From the NCBI RefSeq assembly GCF_009914755.1, contig NC_060947.1: DNA of 64,000 nucleotides. One strand, given 5' to 3'. Positions 32,440 through 49,871 of this stretch are shown here, one piece after another. This DNA is from the human T2T-CHM13v2.0 reference genome, Homo sapiens. Position 1 is the stretch's first letter. Every line of letters begins with the position of its first letter. Below the pieces are notes generated by a model. That model was not told the origin of the DNA. It did not search any database and saw only the letters and a list, made by a program, of their open reading frames with translations. The position numbers and the translations under genes are program-made.

Positions 32440-32649
32440 CTGCAAGGTCAAGAAAAAGAGGGCAGGAAGGTAACCATAGGTGTTAACATCAGGAAACAGA
32501 ATCTTCCAAATGGGTTTTTTAGGGACTTTGGTCTTTCTTCTACTTCTCCACTCTTGAGTTTTATAACCTCCTCTTCTTCTGACCTATTGCAGGCAAATGC
32601 TATCTTCCCACCTTCCCAAGCTTTACTGAGCTATATTCAACACATTAAA

Positions 32650-32898
32650 AATTGTGTATATTTAGGGAGTACAACATGATGATTTATGTATTCATTGGAA
32701 AATTACCAAAATGACGTTTATTAACACATCTATTACCTCACAGCTACCTTTTTTTTTGGTGTGGTGAGAATACTTAAGATCTACTCTCTTAGTAAATTTC
32801 AAGTATACAGTACAGTATGATTAACTACAGTCACCATGCTGCTGTACATCAGATCCCCAGAACTTACTCATCTTATAACTGAAACTTTGTGCCCTTTG
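32650..32898 (-). mobile_element. L1MA 3'-end fragment in intron 1
   Basis: GTGGTGAGAATACTTAAGATCTACTCTCTTAG...CATCTTATAACTGAAACTTTG, typical of L1MA 3' UTR. Confidence 0.75.
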
Positions 32899-33130
32899 CA
32901 AATACTATCTTGAATAAGGGGTAAGCGGTGGCTGAAGCCTTTCGAGTCTGAAATGTGGGTATTATTAAAGGCACAATTAAAGGTATTATTAAGTGCATTT
33001 ATAATGGGTATTATTAAAAGAAAGTTTTACCTTTCTAGTTAGAATGAACTAGCGAACTAGCAATGAAAAACCAGCAGAAAAAATATATAATTAACAGGGG
33101 CGGGAGAACCTGCTACAGACAGATACAGAT

Positions 33131-33171
33131 ACACACACAAACACACACGCGGAGTTCATGCAAGGTCTCCG

Positions 33172-33209
<38 letters not shown>

Positions 33210-33250
33210 ACACACGCACGCACGCACGGAGTTCATCCAAGGTCTCCGTC
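33131..33250. repeat. (CA)n microsatellite bracketed by a duplicated 24-bp unit
   Basis: CGGAGTTCAT(G/C)CAAGGTCTCCGTC at 33150-33173 and 33227-33250, each preceded by a CA-rich run. Confidence 0.9.
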
Positions 33251-33257
33251 CAAGCTA

Positions 33258-33900
<643 letters not shown>

Positions 33901-34173
33901 GTGCTTTCCGAGGTTTATTTTCGAAACACCTCAGATCACTATTTCAGTTTTCCACACTTGCTGTGCACACAGGATGTTGGGGAGGCTCTCCTTCGTTCTA
34001 CAGGACTAGTTTTATAAAGGAACCTACAGTGAACTTCAAAACTGAAAGACACGCTTGTGTTCCAGGTCTGAAGACTTGGATTTCTGGGTCTTTATTGTAT
34101 TTTAGATTTTGACTTTAAAAGCTCAGATTACACGCCTCACTTCCAGCCAGACCAACCAAACAGGAACTCCCTA

Positions 34174-35072
<899 letters not shown>

Positions 35073-35701
35073 GGCAGCAGCTTGCAGATAACGCTGCTTA
35101 CTGGCCTCGTGGAATCAGTCTGCAACCCTTGGGGCGGCCCGGCTTGGACCCCAGTGCCTTTGCTCCGTTCATCTCCGGCTCCTCCCTCCATCCCCCACCT
35201 GTTGCTCTCTGCTTATTCAAACCTTGCAAACCTTTCAAGGCTCTGCTTAAGTACCACCTATTCCCTGAATCGCGGGATAAGAAAATTAGACCGATTGACT
35301 TCAAGTTCTAAACCTTCCTTAGCCACCTCATCCAGGCCACGGTGACTTTGCATTTTCGTTTATCTTTTTATTTCTCTCCTCATAAGCTCCCTCCATTCCA
35401 CCCCAAAACCTCCGCCCAATTTAGCATAGAGGCAGGCACCTAGGAGATGACTAGTAATTTGGTAATGATGATGAGGAAGGAGGGAATGTTTAAGAACTCA
35501 AATATGGGACTTTCAGGTTCAACAGCCAGTGATATAGTTAGATATCGTGACACACTTAGAGTTCTCAAGGAGATGCTTTCCATTGCAGTGATTCGCCACG
35601 CAAATGCAATGACTGGCAAATAACAAGCCACTTCAAAATCTAGGTGCACAGTGGAAGAAAAAGTCTCTCCATGGAAAGCAAGTGCATCTTGGACTTGCAT
35701 C

Positions 35702-35929
35702 TTTTTTTATTTTTATTTTTTGAGGCGGAGTCTCGCTCTGTCGGTCAGGCTGGAGTGCAGTGACGCGATCTCCGCTCACTGCAACATCCACTTCCCGGGT
35801 TCAAACTATTCTCTCCTGCCTCAGCCTCCCGAATAGCTGGGATTACAGGCGCCTGCCACCACTCCCGGCTAATTTTTGTATTTTTAGTAGAGACGGGGTT
35901 TCACCATGTTGGCCAGGCTGGTCTCGAAC
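35702..35929 (-). mobile_element. 5'-truncated Alu (AluS)
   Basis: Right arm plus part of the left arm; degenerate flanking repeat GGACTTGCATCT / GAACTAGCATCT. Confidence 0.88.
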
Positions 35930-37847
35930 TTGAACTAGCATCTGGATCATCCCTGCTCTGCCCCTAACTCGCTGACATCTTCCCCTCAGCTGTAGCCTCA
36001 GAAGCCGTTTCTCCACCCTTGTGCCTCCTTCAAGCTAGAGCCTCTCTTTTTCTTCGCTTCACCATGATTTAAACATGTTTATGAAACATTAAATATTTAT
36101 ATTTATGTTAAATCTTAAATATATTTATATTAAATATTAAAGTAATACACACTAAATAAAACATGGAAAGTATAGAAAAGTAAAACAAAGAAAATACTAA
36201 AATCACCCATAATTCCTTCGCACAAACACCTGTTAATATTTTAATTTATTTTTCCAGCTCTTTTATTTCTTCTGCATAGATCTTCCCCACTCCCCTTCAA
36301 GCTATTTAGAAGTTTGAGTAGATTAGGTATGGCAAAGGTAGGGTGTCACTACAAAAGACTACTGGCTGGCTATCAAGAGGTCTTGCTGGATGGCATTGCC
36401 TTGGTGCTTTTTCAACCTCGGTCCAGGCTGGACTTTGAGTCTTGCAGTCTCGGAAACTGGATCTGTTCAGTGTCCCAGAACCAGTCAGAGTCAGGAGGCT
36501 GACTCGTGCTGATTACCTCACGGGAGCCTGATGTATGAAAACCAGGATGCTGTTTGATAATGAGAAATAGAACTATGACACCGTTTATATTGGCCTGACC
36601 ACCACATTCCCTCCCTTTAATAATGTGCAGCCTCACTACATACCAGGTGCTGTTTGCTTTGTACACTAACTCTATGAAGTAGGCACTATTGCTAATCCCA
36701 TTGGAAAGATGGAGAAACTGACAAGTCTGCTGTGTCCATGTTGGCCTCACTGATTCTCTCTTTTCTCCACTTCCATGGCTTACTGGCACATTCTTTCCTT
36801 ACATATGTCAAAATCATCAAACGACTTATAGACAAGACTTGCCAGTGGAAGGCATTATGTTTCATGAAGGTGATTTTTCTCTTTGATTCATTGTACATTC
36901 ACTTTATAGTGTGACTCTCAAATAAAATTGTATTTCCAAGTTCCTGAGACAATTTTCTTGTTGCTCCCTTATATTACTGAAATTTTTTCATCATACCAAT
37001 TTCTTAAAATTCATAAAGTTTAAAACTTCACATTATAAGCATTTTGCATTTTACATTAATGTCTGTACTAATCTTCCTTCTAGTAGATGTTCTACAGTTT
37101 GCTTATTCTCATCATAATTAAAAATAATTCATTATTTAATGTCTTGAAAAAAATAGTCCATACACTATTTCCTTTTCATTATTTCCCATTCACTTTGTTT
37201 AAGAATTATTTTTTTAAGATTTTTTTTAAGATTATACAGGTAACATATGAATGCATTCTCAATGAAAAATTTTGAAATATTGAAGATTAGACTAAAGTTC
37301 CGTATGTCTATCACCCTCCGTCACAGTCCCCTTTATCTCCCTTCCCAAAGGTAACCACTGCTATTGGGTTGGTTTGTATCCTTCTTGATTTCTTTCTATG
37401 GATTTACATATATATGTAGAACTGCATATGAAATATGTAGTGTTGTTTTCTGTGTATTCATTTAATATGAACTGTATTATACTGTACCTACATTTTGCAT
37501 ATTTCTTTATTCACTCAAAATTATACCATGAAGATCTAGTCCTGTTATTACATAGAGTTACCTCATAAACTATGATTTATATAGGCATTCCTTTATTGAT
37601 AAGCATTTAGTTTGTTTCCCCATTAGAACTCCTGAAAACAGTACTTCAGTGAGCATACATATATGTCTTCTTGTGAATGCATAGAGGTGTTTTGGAAATG
37701 TGCATTTTAAATTTTGATATAAATATAGGGCATCTTTTAATTTTTATTTTCTTGAATATGAATGTCATTGATCACTTTTAATGTTTATTTTAGTTTAATT
37801 TATGTTTATTTATTTAGTTCATTTTATTTCTTCTTCTGGTTAAAAAC

Positions 37848-38398
37848 TGTTACCAGAAAGGGGTCTCAATACAGACTCCAAGAGGGAGTTCTCAGATCTC
37901 GTGCAGGAATTCAAGGTGAGTCACACAGCACAGTGAAGGAAGCAAGTTTACTAGAAACTGCTCTGTTACAGAGTAGGATGTCCTCAGAAAGCAGGCAGAT
38001 GAACGCACTGTCTTTGTCTTAAGTTTTTCTTATGTAGCAGTCTTGTCCACGTAAAGACTAAACCAAGCTGTGTCTATGTGAGAGTGAGCAGACAGCATGG
38101 CAAAATTTATTGTTTTATTGATTTAAAGAAAACTATCCTTGACATTTTAGTGTGTGAAGACATCAAAGCATAACTATAATTATCTTGAAAATGTGTATTG
38201 TTATGGGTGTTGGGACATTGAGACTTTCCACTGTTATAGGAGTGTCCCCTTGTAGGTGTCTTTAGGTTGTTTCCTCAGCTGTAAATATATTATGAATGTG
38301 GGTCGTGACTGGCAAGGAATGGGCCTTGTTCATCTCAAGATGAACCTGAACTTAAAATGGTGTTACTCTGGCTCTCCTAGGCTCTCGCTTCCCTAACA
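37848..38398 (-). mobile_element. ERV1-class solo LTR (MER4 group; subfamily not resolved)
   Basis: TG...CA termini; TGTTACCAGAAAGGGGTC...CCAAGAG end shared by MER4-group LTRs; 4-bp TSD AAAC/GAAC. Confidence 0.75.
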
Positions 38399-38655
38399 GA
38401 ACTGCTCATATACTTGGTCATTTTTCTATTGGGTTGCTTGTCTTTTTCTTTTTGAGTTACAGCAATTTTTACAACTTATATATTCTGGACTTTAACCTTT
38501 TCTCTAAAATAAATGTAAAAGAGATACCGCACATGTTTTCCCATAAGTGGTTTGTCTATTAACATTATTTATGATGCCTTTTTTCATATAGCTTTTATTT
38601 TGAATGAAGTCAAATTGATGAATCTTTTCCCTTTTGTCTTAAATTAAAAGGCCTT

Positions 38656-39334
<679 letters not shown>

Positions 39335-39443
39335 TCATCAATAAATGATCATTTATCTAATACGTTTATTGTTGTGCTTTTTATCTGTAACTTTTAATTC
39401 TTCTGTATTTTTCTAAATGGGTCTAGGCATAAATTTGGCTTAA

Positions 39444-39825
<382 letters not shown>

Positions 39826-39965
39826 TGAGTAATTCTTTTCCCTTGATTTGAAATGCTGCTTTGAGCATACCCATGATTCTGTTCCATCAATCTGTTTTTC
39901 TATTCCTTCACCAATATTGTACTACCTTGGAATTTTAGAATCATCGGGTCAGGTTCTACGGAAAT

Positions 39966-40254
39966 TATTTTTTGGGGAGCCAGGGTCTCACTCTGTCACC
40001 CAGGCTGGAGTGCAGTGGCACAATTATAGCTCACTGCAGCCTTGAACTCTTGGGCTCAAGCAATCCTCCGTCTCAGCCTCTCAAGTATCTAGGACTACAG
40101 GTGCATGACACCATGCTCCATTAATTTTTTAATTTTCTTGTAGAGGTGGGGTGTATATTGTGCAGGCAGGTCTTGAACTCCTGGCCTCAAGTGATCTCCC
40201 TCCTAGGCCTTTCAGAGTGCTGAGATTACAGGTGTAAAGCCACCATGTCCAGTT
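39966..40254 (-). mobile_element. Alu (AluJ)
   Basis: Diverged full Alu. Confidence 0.88.
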
Positions 40255-41399
40255 GAAAATTCTGATTTTTCTTCTGATTGCATTGAATTTGTAGATTTGT
40301 TTGGGGAGAATTGACATATTGACAGTGTTTTGCTTTCCTGTCTACAAAAAAATGCACATTTATTTATTTGGAGCTTCTTTTATTTCTTTCGGTAAACTTT
40401 ATATTTTTCTTCATGAAAGTCTTGCATTTTTTGGTTAAGTTTATTTCTTGGTATTTTTTCCGCTGTTATATTTTAATTGATTATTATTATGTATAGGGAA
40501 ATGATTTTTGTATGTTTACTTTATATCCACTCTCTATTAAACTCTTACATTAAATCCAGTGGTTTGAGGGTAATATTTTTTGGTTTTCTAGATAGACAGT
40601 CATATGATTTGCTAAGAGTAACAGTTGTGCTTTTGTCTTTCAAATCTTAATGACCCTTATAGTGGGGATAGTGGTTATCACTTCTTGCTCCTGACTTTAA
40701 TGGGACTAGGTGTAATATTTCACAATTAAATAAGTCTGCAGTAGGTTTCCAAAAGACACCGTTATCACATTAAAATAGTTTCTTTTTCTCCTTGGCTTCC
40801 TAAAACTTTATTATTAACATCATTTTGAAAGAATGTTGAATTTTATTGGATTCTTTTTCTGCATGCATTGAAAAAACTATACGGTTTTATTCCTTTACTT
40901 GGCTAATGTGTGAATTACATCAGTACCTTTCCTTATTTTTATTCCTAAGCTAAACCACATTTGATCACGATAAACACACTAGATTTAATACACACTAGAT
41001 GCAATTTAGTAATATTTTATTTATAATTTTCAAACCTTTGTTTTTAAATTATGTCAGCCTATAGCCTTCTATTTTTACCAGTCCTTGTTTCATTTCAGTA
41101 TCAAAATTATGCCTGGCTGTAAAATGGCTTTGGTAGTTTCCCATCTTTTTCTTTGGAACTGTTCAGATGAAATGAAAATTATGTGTTACTTTCAGTCTTG
41201 GTGAAACTTACCTGGTAGAACTCACTCACTTGCTGCCTTTTTGAGAACAGTTAGATTTTTGAAAATCATTTCAATTTCTTCTCTGGTTATTGCAAAGAAC
41301 AATGCAATAGAGAGTCGAGGTTATTATCAAGATTTTCCACTTCTTGGGCCAGTTTTGATAATTAATATTTTCCTAGAAGCGTGCCAATTTAAGTTGGCT

Positions 41400-41615
41400 C
41401 AGGGCTTCTCAATCTCAGAATTATTGACATTTTGGGCTGGCTAATTCTTGGTTGTGGGAGGCTGTCCTGTGCATTCTAGAATGTTTAGCAACATCCTTGA
41501 CCTCTACCAACTAGATGTCAGTAGCACCCTGCCCCACCCCCCTCCCCTGCCCCCTGCCATTTGTGACAATGAAAATGCCTCCAGATATCGCAAAGTATTC
41601 TCTGGAGGTCAAAAT
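41400..41615. mobile_element. MER20 hAT fossil
   Basis: GACATTTTGGGCTGG...GCTGTCCTGTGCATT...GAATGTTTAGCAACATCC...CCAACTAGATGTCAGTAGCAC. Confidence 0.75.
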
Positions 41616-41849
41616 TTGTCAGTATAAAGTTGTGCAAGGTTTTGCATGTAATTCTTAAGTCGCTTCTAAATCTGAATCACGTCCCCTTTTGTATTCTTGA
41701 TGTATTTCATTTGTGCCTTCTCTCTTTTTTTATAAGATGAACATACCAAGAAATTTGTCTATTTTATTAGTCTTTTCCCAGACCAGCTCTTAATATTACT
41801 GATCAATTATATCCTCATTTTTGTATTCCTTTGTGACCTAACAAGTAGA

Positions 41850-43500
<1,651 letters not shown>

Positions 43501-43554
43501 GTTAGCTTCTGGATACACAGGTTCATTTGTTTCATTTTGCTTTTGACTTAATAT

Positions 43555-43810
43555 TTTTTATTTTTAATTTTTGTGGTTACATAGTAGGTGTATACATTTA
43601 TGGGATATATGAGATATTGTGATACAGGCATACAATGTATAATAATCATATCAGGATCAATGGGGTATACGTCACCTCCAGCATTTATCTTTTGTGCTAC
43701 AAGTAATCCAATTACATTCTTTTAGTTATTTTAAAATGTACAATTAAATTAACTATAGTCACTCTGTTGTGCTATCAAATACTAAATCGTATTTATCCTT
43801 CCTATTGTTT
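43555..43810 (-). mobile_element. L1MA 3'-end fragment
   Basis: TTTTTGTGGTTACATAGTAGGTGTATACATTTATGGG...GATACAGGCATACAATG. Confidence 0.75.
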
Positions 43811-44845
43811 TAGAATTGCTTTTCTACAAAGTTATGTTAAAATTGTGTAATATACTTACATGGTTCCAAAGTCAACTCTACAGAAGGAGGTATACTAAAA
43901 GAAGACTAGCTTTTCTCCCTGCTTTTTTATGCTAGTTGTTCCCACCCCCTATAGGTAATCACTTTTCTTTATATTGTGGCTTATCTTTCCCTTTTAAATA
44001 CAAATATATATTATATTTTTAAACACAAATATATATAAAGGAAGATATAGAATTATATATATATATAGATATACACACACATTTATTTATTTATTTCTCT
44101 TCCCTTATGTAGCTGGTATAATATTATACACACTTTTATCCACCCTGCTTCCTTCAAAATAAGCAACACATCTTGGACATCACTCCCTCAGAGAACGTAG
44201 AGATATTCTTTATTCCTTTTCAAAACTGCATCGTACCTCATTTTGTGGACATACCAGACCTCTATTAAGAGAACATTTGAGTTGTTTCTAGTCTTTTGCT
44301 GTTATAAATAATGCTGCAGCAAATAGCCATGTGCATATGTATTCTGATAATTGCCTTTTAGTTGATGGATCCCATATGTTTAAATGTATTGATTGCCATA
44401 TTTGGAGAGGTTTTCTACCATCTCGTTTTGTATTATCTTTTTTACCATTTTTTAAAACTTTCTTTTTCCTTTCCTTCCTTCTGTAGGATTGATAATGCTT
44501 TCTATATTCCCTTTTGTTCCCTACACTGGCTTAGAAACTACAGTTTGCATTGCTGTTGTTTTGGTGGTTGCCCTTGTTTTTAATATGTACACTTAACTGT
44601 AACGTTTTAATACATGTAACATATGTTTTAATGCTTTAATACATGTAACATAGTTCAGTATTTCTATTCTTTCGAACATGACAAAGTTTTTTGCATTCTT
44701 TAAGGACTCATTGAACAACCCCTCTTTCTTCAGCTAGTTATCGTTGCCTAAAATGTCCGTTTCATCTTTAATTTTAGCTCACCTTTTCTTGAATAAGTAA
44801 TACATTCATATGGTTCAAAAACTGAAACAACAATGAAAGTTATAG

Positions 44846-45268
<423 letters not shown>

Positions 45269-45635
45269 TCAGGGTTCTTTATGTAACATATACATTCTTA
45301 TTTTACCTCCTTTCTTACATAGTGTATTATACTGTGTTTGGCACCTTGATTTTTCTACTCTTAGCAATACATCTTGGAGATCTTTTCATATTGGTACAAA
45401 TAAAGTTTCCTCATTCTTTTATATGTCATAGTATTTCACTGTATGAATGATTCTTAAATTATCTAACCGGTATGCTGTTAAGAGATACTTGCATCATTTC
45501 CAATCTTTTGCTGTTATAAAAAAGCTGAAATTAAGAACACTGTACATATTTTATATGTGTTCAGATATATTGGCAAACACTCAAAAATTGAATTGCTGGT
45601 TCTATGGAAAATTATGTATTTGTAATTTTTTAAAT

Positions 45636-45852
45636 ACCACTCAGACTGCGTTTTCTACCTCTTAGTCTCCTGATGGAAAAGAAGAACGATTATCAGTGGC
45701 AAATGGCAGTTTCAGCGAAGCAACACCAACAGCCGGCTTCACACTCACTAGAGAATGCTGTGCCTCCTCCTTGTGGTTTCTGGCACCCTACACATTCAGA
45801 GAAACTACTCTAGTAATGAACTATAGAAATTACCCCTGAAAGTATAGCCCTT
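45636..45852 (-). pseudogene. Full-length U3 snoRNA retrocopy
   Basis: Reverse complement reads AAGGGCTATACTTTCAGGGGTAATTTCTATAG...GAGTGTGAAGCCGGC...GATAATCGTTCTTC...AACGCAGTCTGAGTGGT, colinear with U3 over about 217 nt; boxes partly mutated; embedded in L1 with no visible snRNA promoter. Confidence 0.9.
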
Positions 45853-46002
45853 ATTCTTAGTTTTGATAGATAATGCCAAATTGCCCTTTATTGGAGTTTA
45901 TACTACCCATTAGGAATGTATGAGAGTGTTTACTTTTCCACAGCTTTGGTAATAAAACGAGTTATTAATTTTGGGGGTGGTTGCCAATCTTTGTATTTTG
46001 CT

Positions 46003-48320
46003 TCTTTCTTTCTTTCTTTCTTTCTTTCTTCTAACAACATGGGTACATTTCTGTTAGACTACCTGATACAGAAGATAGCGTGGTATGGATGCATAGCATG
46101 AATAACAAATGATACCAATGCACTTTATTTGAAATAAACAAAAATGCTTACACAGCTCAATGGGCCACTTGGAAACAAACTGTTGCTTGACTGTGTTACT
46201 GAGCAAAAACAAAGTCAAAGCACAAACACCCTTATTTTTTGACATGTATTTGGAGATAGGTAGGAAGACACTACCTGGTTCTTTAAAAAACTGTTCTTTC
46301 CTTAAGGCCTGGTCATAGAAGTGTAAAGAATGTAAATGAACTTGCCATTACCAATTATCATATCATATCTATGTCGGCTGTGTATTCTGAGATCACACAC
46401 AAACCTGTGTATAACCAGTATACCTGGGAAGAGCTGCTATACCACAGTTATACTTGAGTTCTTGCCAGGCGGGACAGAGGAAGAGTAATCTGGAGTAAGT
46501 TTTACATCCTGTTTAGAATAAATCACTAGTATTCCCTTAAATGACAGGTTAGAATAGAAAGATGCTACCTGGAAGTTATCCTTTTTACTTTGGTTCGTTT
46601 TTAGTTTTTGTTTATGATTTACATAGTTGCTTGATTCATTTGCTTATAGCACAATCCTGCCACAAAGTATAAAAGGGCAGGATACTTATTATTTCTTCAA
46701 CATCTGCATTTTTCAAGTTTTTAAAAACGAATGGATAAAACTCTGCTAAAAATGCAGATGTCTATAACTTCAATGGTATTAGATGGGAAGGAGACAATGA
46801 GGGAAGGGAAAAAAAAGCAAACATGTTCATGTGCAAGGAATGTGGTTAAAGCCTTTGGATTTAAAAACATGTTTCTCAGAAAAGCTGTCACTTCCTTTGT
46901 CCTCCAAAAAAGGACTTGAAAAGTTCCAATCCAAGCTTTGGAAAACTACAGTTATGAGATGCTATAAATGTTCAAAGCAGTCAGAAGGAGAAGGATGAAT
47001 GTGTCTTTTATTTAGCTATAGTTCATAGCGTAGCCTCTTTAGCTGTTGGTGGATCAGTAAAAACCACTGAATTACCAGAAGTGCTTGAAAGGATAGGGGT
47101 AGAAAGTAATGAACATAATATCTTATGCAAATCAGTAACAGGGTTTCATGGCCCAGGAAAACTTTCTGAAAAGTAAAATGACTCTAAAATAGATCTCCTC
47201 TCCAACATTAAGTGTAGCAGAATTAACGACAACCAAAAAAGATTTACATGTAGATCTAGTGATAATAGAAAATTACAAGGCAGAGAGCTTAAAAGAATCA
47301 AGACCATGCTATAGATTCTACAGTATTCTATGAAGCTAGAAAACCTGTTAAATTTGAAAGCCCTAGCAAAATATCACTCTTGTTTATAAATCACTTATTT
47401 ATCGTATGACCACATGTTGAATCCTTGTCTTTCCTCATACTGAAGAATTCTACATTCAGCCTTTAAGCATTCTGCATTTCTTTGCCAATCTGGTAGATGA
47501 GTATCTTGTTCCAGTCGATTTTCCTGCGGGTAACTGGAAGCTGCCGGCGCAAGGCCTGGAATGTGGTATCTGACATTGTTTGATAGTTTTCACTGGTTGC
47601 TGTCTGATGGTCATTTTCTGCATTCCCTATGATTTTAATAAACTCCTTGGCAGTTTGGACTTCATTCGAAACAGTTAGTGAATCCTGTACATCTTTATGA
47701 CTAACCGACTGAACATTGCCATATTCATAATAGTGAATCTTAAGCACTCCAGCCACCTGGGCTGTAGGAGGTATGATGATGACCTTCCACTCCAATGACC
47801 ACTTCAGAATTTTTAAGGATGAAACTGGTGGCTTTCAATGCATGCAGGAATAGTCTGTTGCCCATCTATAGTTTTAACATAAACAGTACAGAAGCCGCTG
47901 GAATAATGATCTTTCACATAGGCTTTTAAAGCAGGGTCACAGGATTCTCTCCAAGACTTCAGACCTCCATCTACTTCCTGTGGCTGGGGGTCACTTGCTT
48001 TTTTCCATACGTGATCAAATTTAAAGGAAATTTTGTTTCTTGGATCTAGAAATCTGCTATTACCTAGGTTAGAGTGCTCTGCAATTAAGACCTGATCTTC
48101 ATATCCTTCTCTGTCTTCACAGACGTGAACTGATCCATGTTATGCTGGGCAAATGCATGTGCTGCCCCTTCGCTGAGGAGAGTGTCATTATTAAGTATTA
48201 AACATCATTGAATACTCATTAAATTCCCATGGGGGAGCATGAGTGATGAATTTAGCAGCTATACACACCTTCTTCTCATCCAACACTCAGTCCTCAATGT
48301 CGGCCATCTTGGGCTGCTCT
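46003..48320 (-). pseudogene. CAPZA1P3: CAPZA1 (F-actin capping protein alpha-1) processed pseudogene, probably CAPZA1P3; CDS remnant 47463-48307 plus long 3' UTR
   Basis: Intronless; ATG at 48307 (MADIED*, stop at codon 7) then AAKFITHAP; C-terminus ...[30 protein letters not shown]; indels; AATAAA near 46124-46129 and tail decayed to (TTTC)n. The pseudogene number is recalled, not verified. Confidence 0.88.
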
Positions 48321-48944
48321 CTGCATTTTTCTTATTATGAGGATGAGCGTCTTTGGGGGCCATTTATATTTTCCTTTTCTACCTTTTGTCTGTTCATGAG
48401 GCTTGCCCATTTTTCTACTGGGCTGCTGGTCTTTTATCTAATTCTAGAGCATCTTTTATGGCATTTGAATCTTGAATCGTGGTTAGGAAGGCTTTCCCTG
48501 AAACTCAGGTTAGAAAGGAATTCTTTCATGTTTCCTTTGAATGCTCTTTATTATTATTTTTTACATTTAAATAATTGATTCCTCTCTGGTTTATCCTGAT
48601 GTACAGTGTGAAGCATGAATCTACTTTATTTTTTTCAGATGGCTACCTAGTTGTCACAACAGTTTGCTGAATTGTTCACCTTTTCTCCAACCAATTTAAG
48701 ATGACATCTTCATCATATCCCAAACTTCAATATTTATTTGTTTTTACTTATGGATATTCTATTCTGTTAATTGGTCTGTATTTCTAGTTATGTGACACTA
48801 CCCTTTGCTTTTAATTATCAAAGCTTTAAAATGTTTTTCATCCTTTGTTTTCTCCCCTTTATTCTCAATGTAGTGTATTAGGTTAATGAATAACACAGTA
48901 ATGTAATAATAATTATTATTAACACAAGAGCAATAATAGAATGA

Positions 48945-49293
<349 letters not shown>

Positions 49294-49584
49294 TTATTTT
49301 TAAATTTTTTTTATTTCCAACTTTTATTTTAAGTTCAGGGGCACATGTGCAGGATGTGCAGGTTTGTTACATAGGTAAACATGTGTTACATAGGTAAACA
49401 CGGTGGTCTGCTGCACAGATCATCCCATCACCCAGGTATGAAGCCCAACATCAACTAGCTATTCTTCCTGATCCTCTCCCTCCTCCCACCTCCCACCCTC
49501 CAACACACCCCAGTGTGTGTTGTTCCCCCTGTCATGTGTCCATGTGTTCTCATCATTTAGCACCTACGTATAAGTGAAAACACA
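49294..49584 (-). mobile_element. 5'-truncated L1PA (older primate subfamily) 3' end
   Basis: TTTTAAGTTCAGGGGCACATGTGCAGGATGTGCAGGTTTGTTACATAGGTAAAC...; internal 17-bp duplication TGTTACATAGGTAAACA. Confidence 0.88.
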
Positions 49585-49871
49585 CTTTAAAACGTTTTAA
49601 TGTCTGTCGTTTTACAGTTTAAATGTCTGTAAAACTACAGACATTAAAACGTTCTTCTTTTTCAGGATTTCCTGGTCATTTATGCTTATTTGTTTCTTAT
49701 ATAAACTTAAAATGAGCTTGTCTAATGAAAAAAACGTCTGTGTTGATATTTTCATTGGTATTATGTTCAATTGACAAATCACTACATCATACAGGGTAGC
49801 GATAAAGCTCAGAAACATAGGCAATTACCCATAGTAATGATTTGTTGGCATTACATTATAATGCATGATAT

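Noticed and set aside
44585-44652. Short direct repeat TTTAATACATGTAACATA x2 (similar small repeats at about 23250-23300 and 36090-36140)
   Set aside because: Ordinary slippage duplications in AT-rich sequence with no further structure
47463-47795. 110-aa ORF as a functional CAPZA gene
   Set aside because: Part of an intronless copy with a stop at codon 7, indels and no ATG start for this frame
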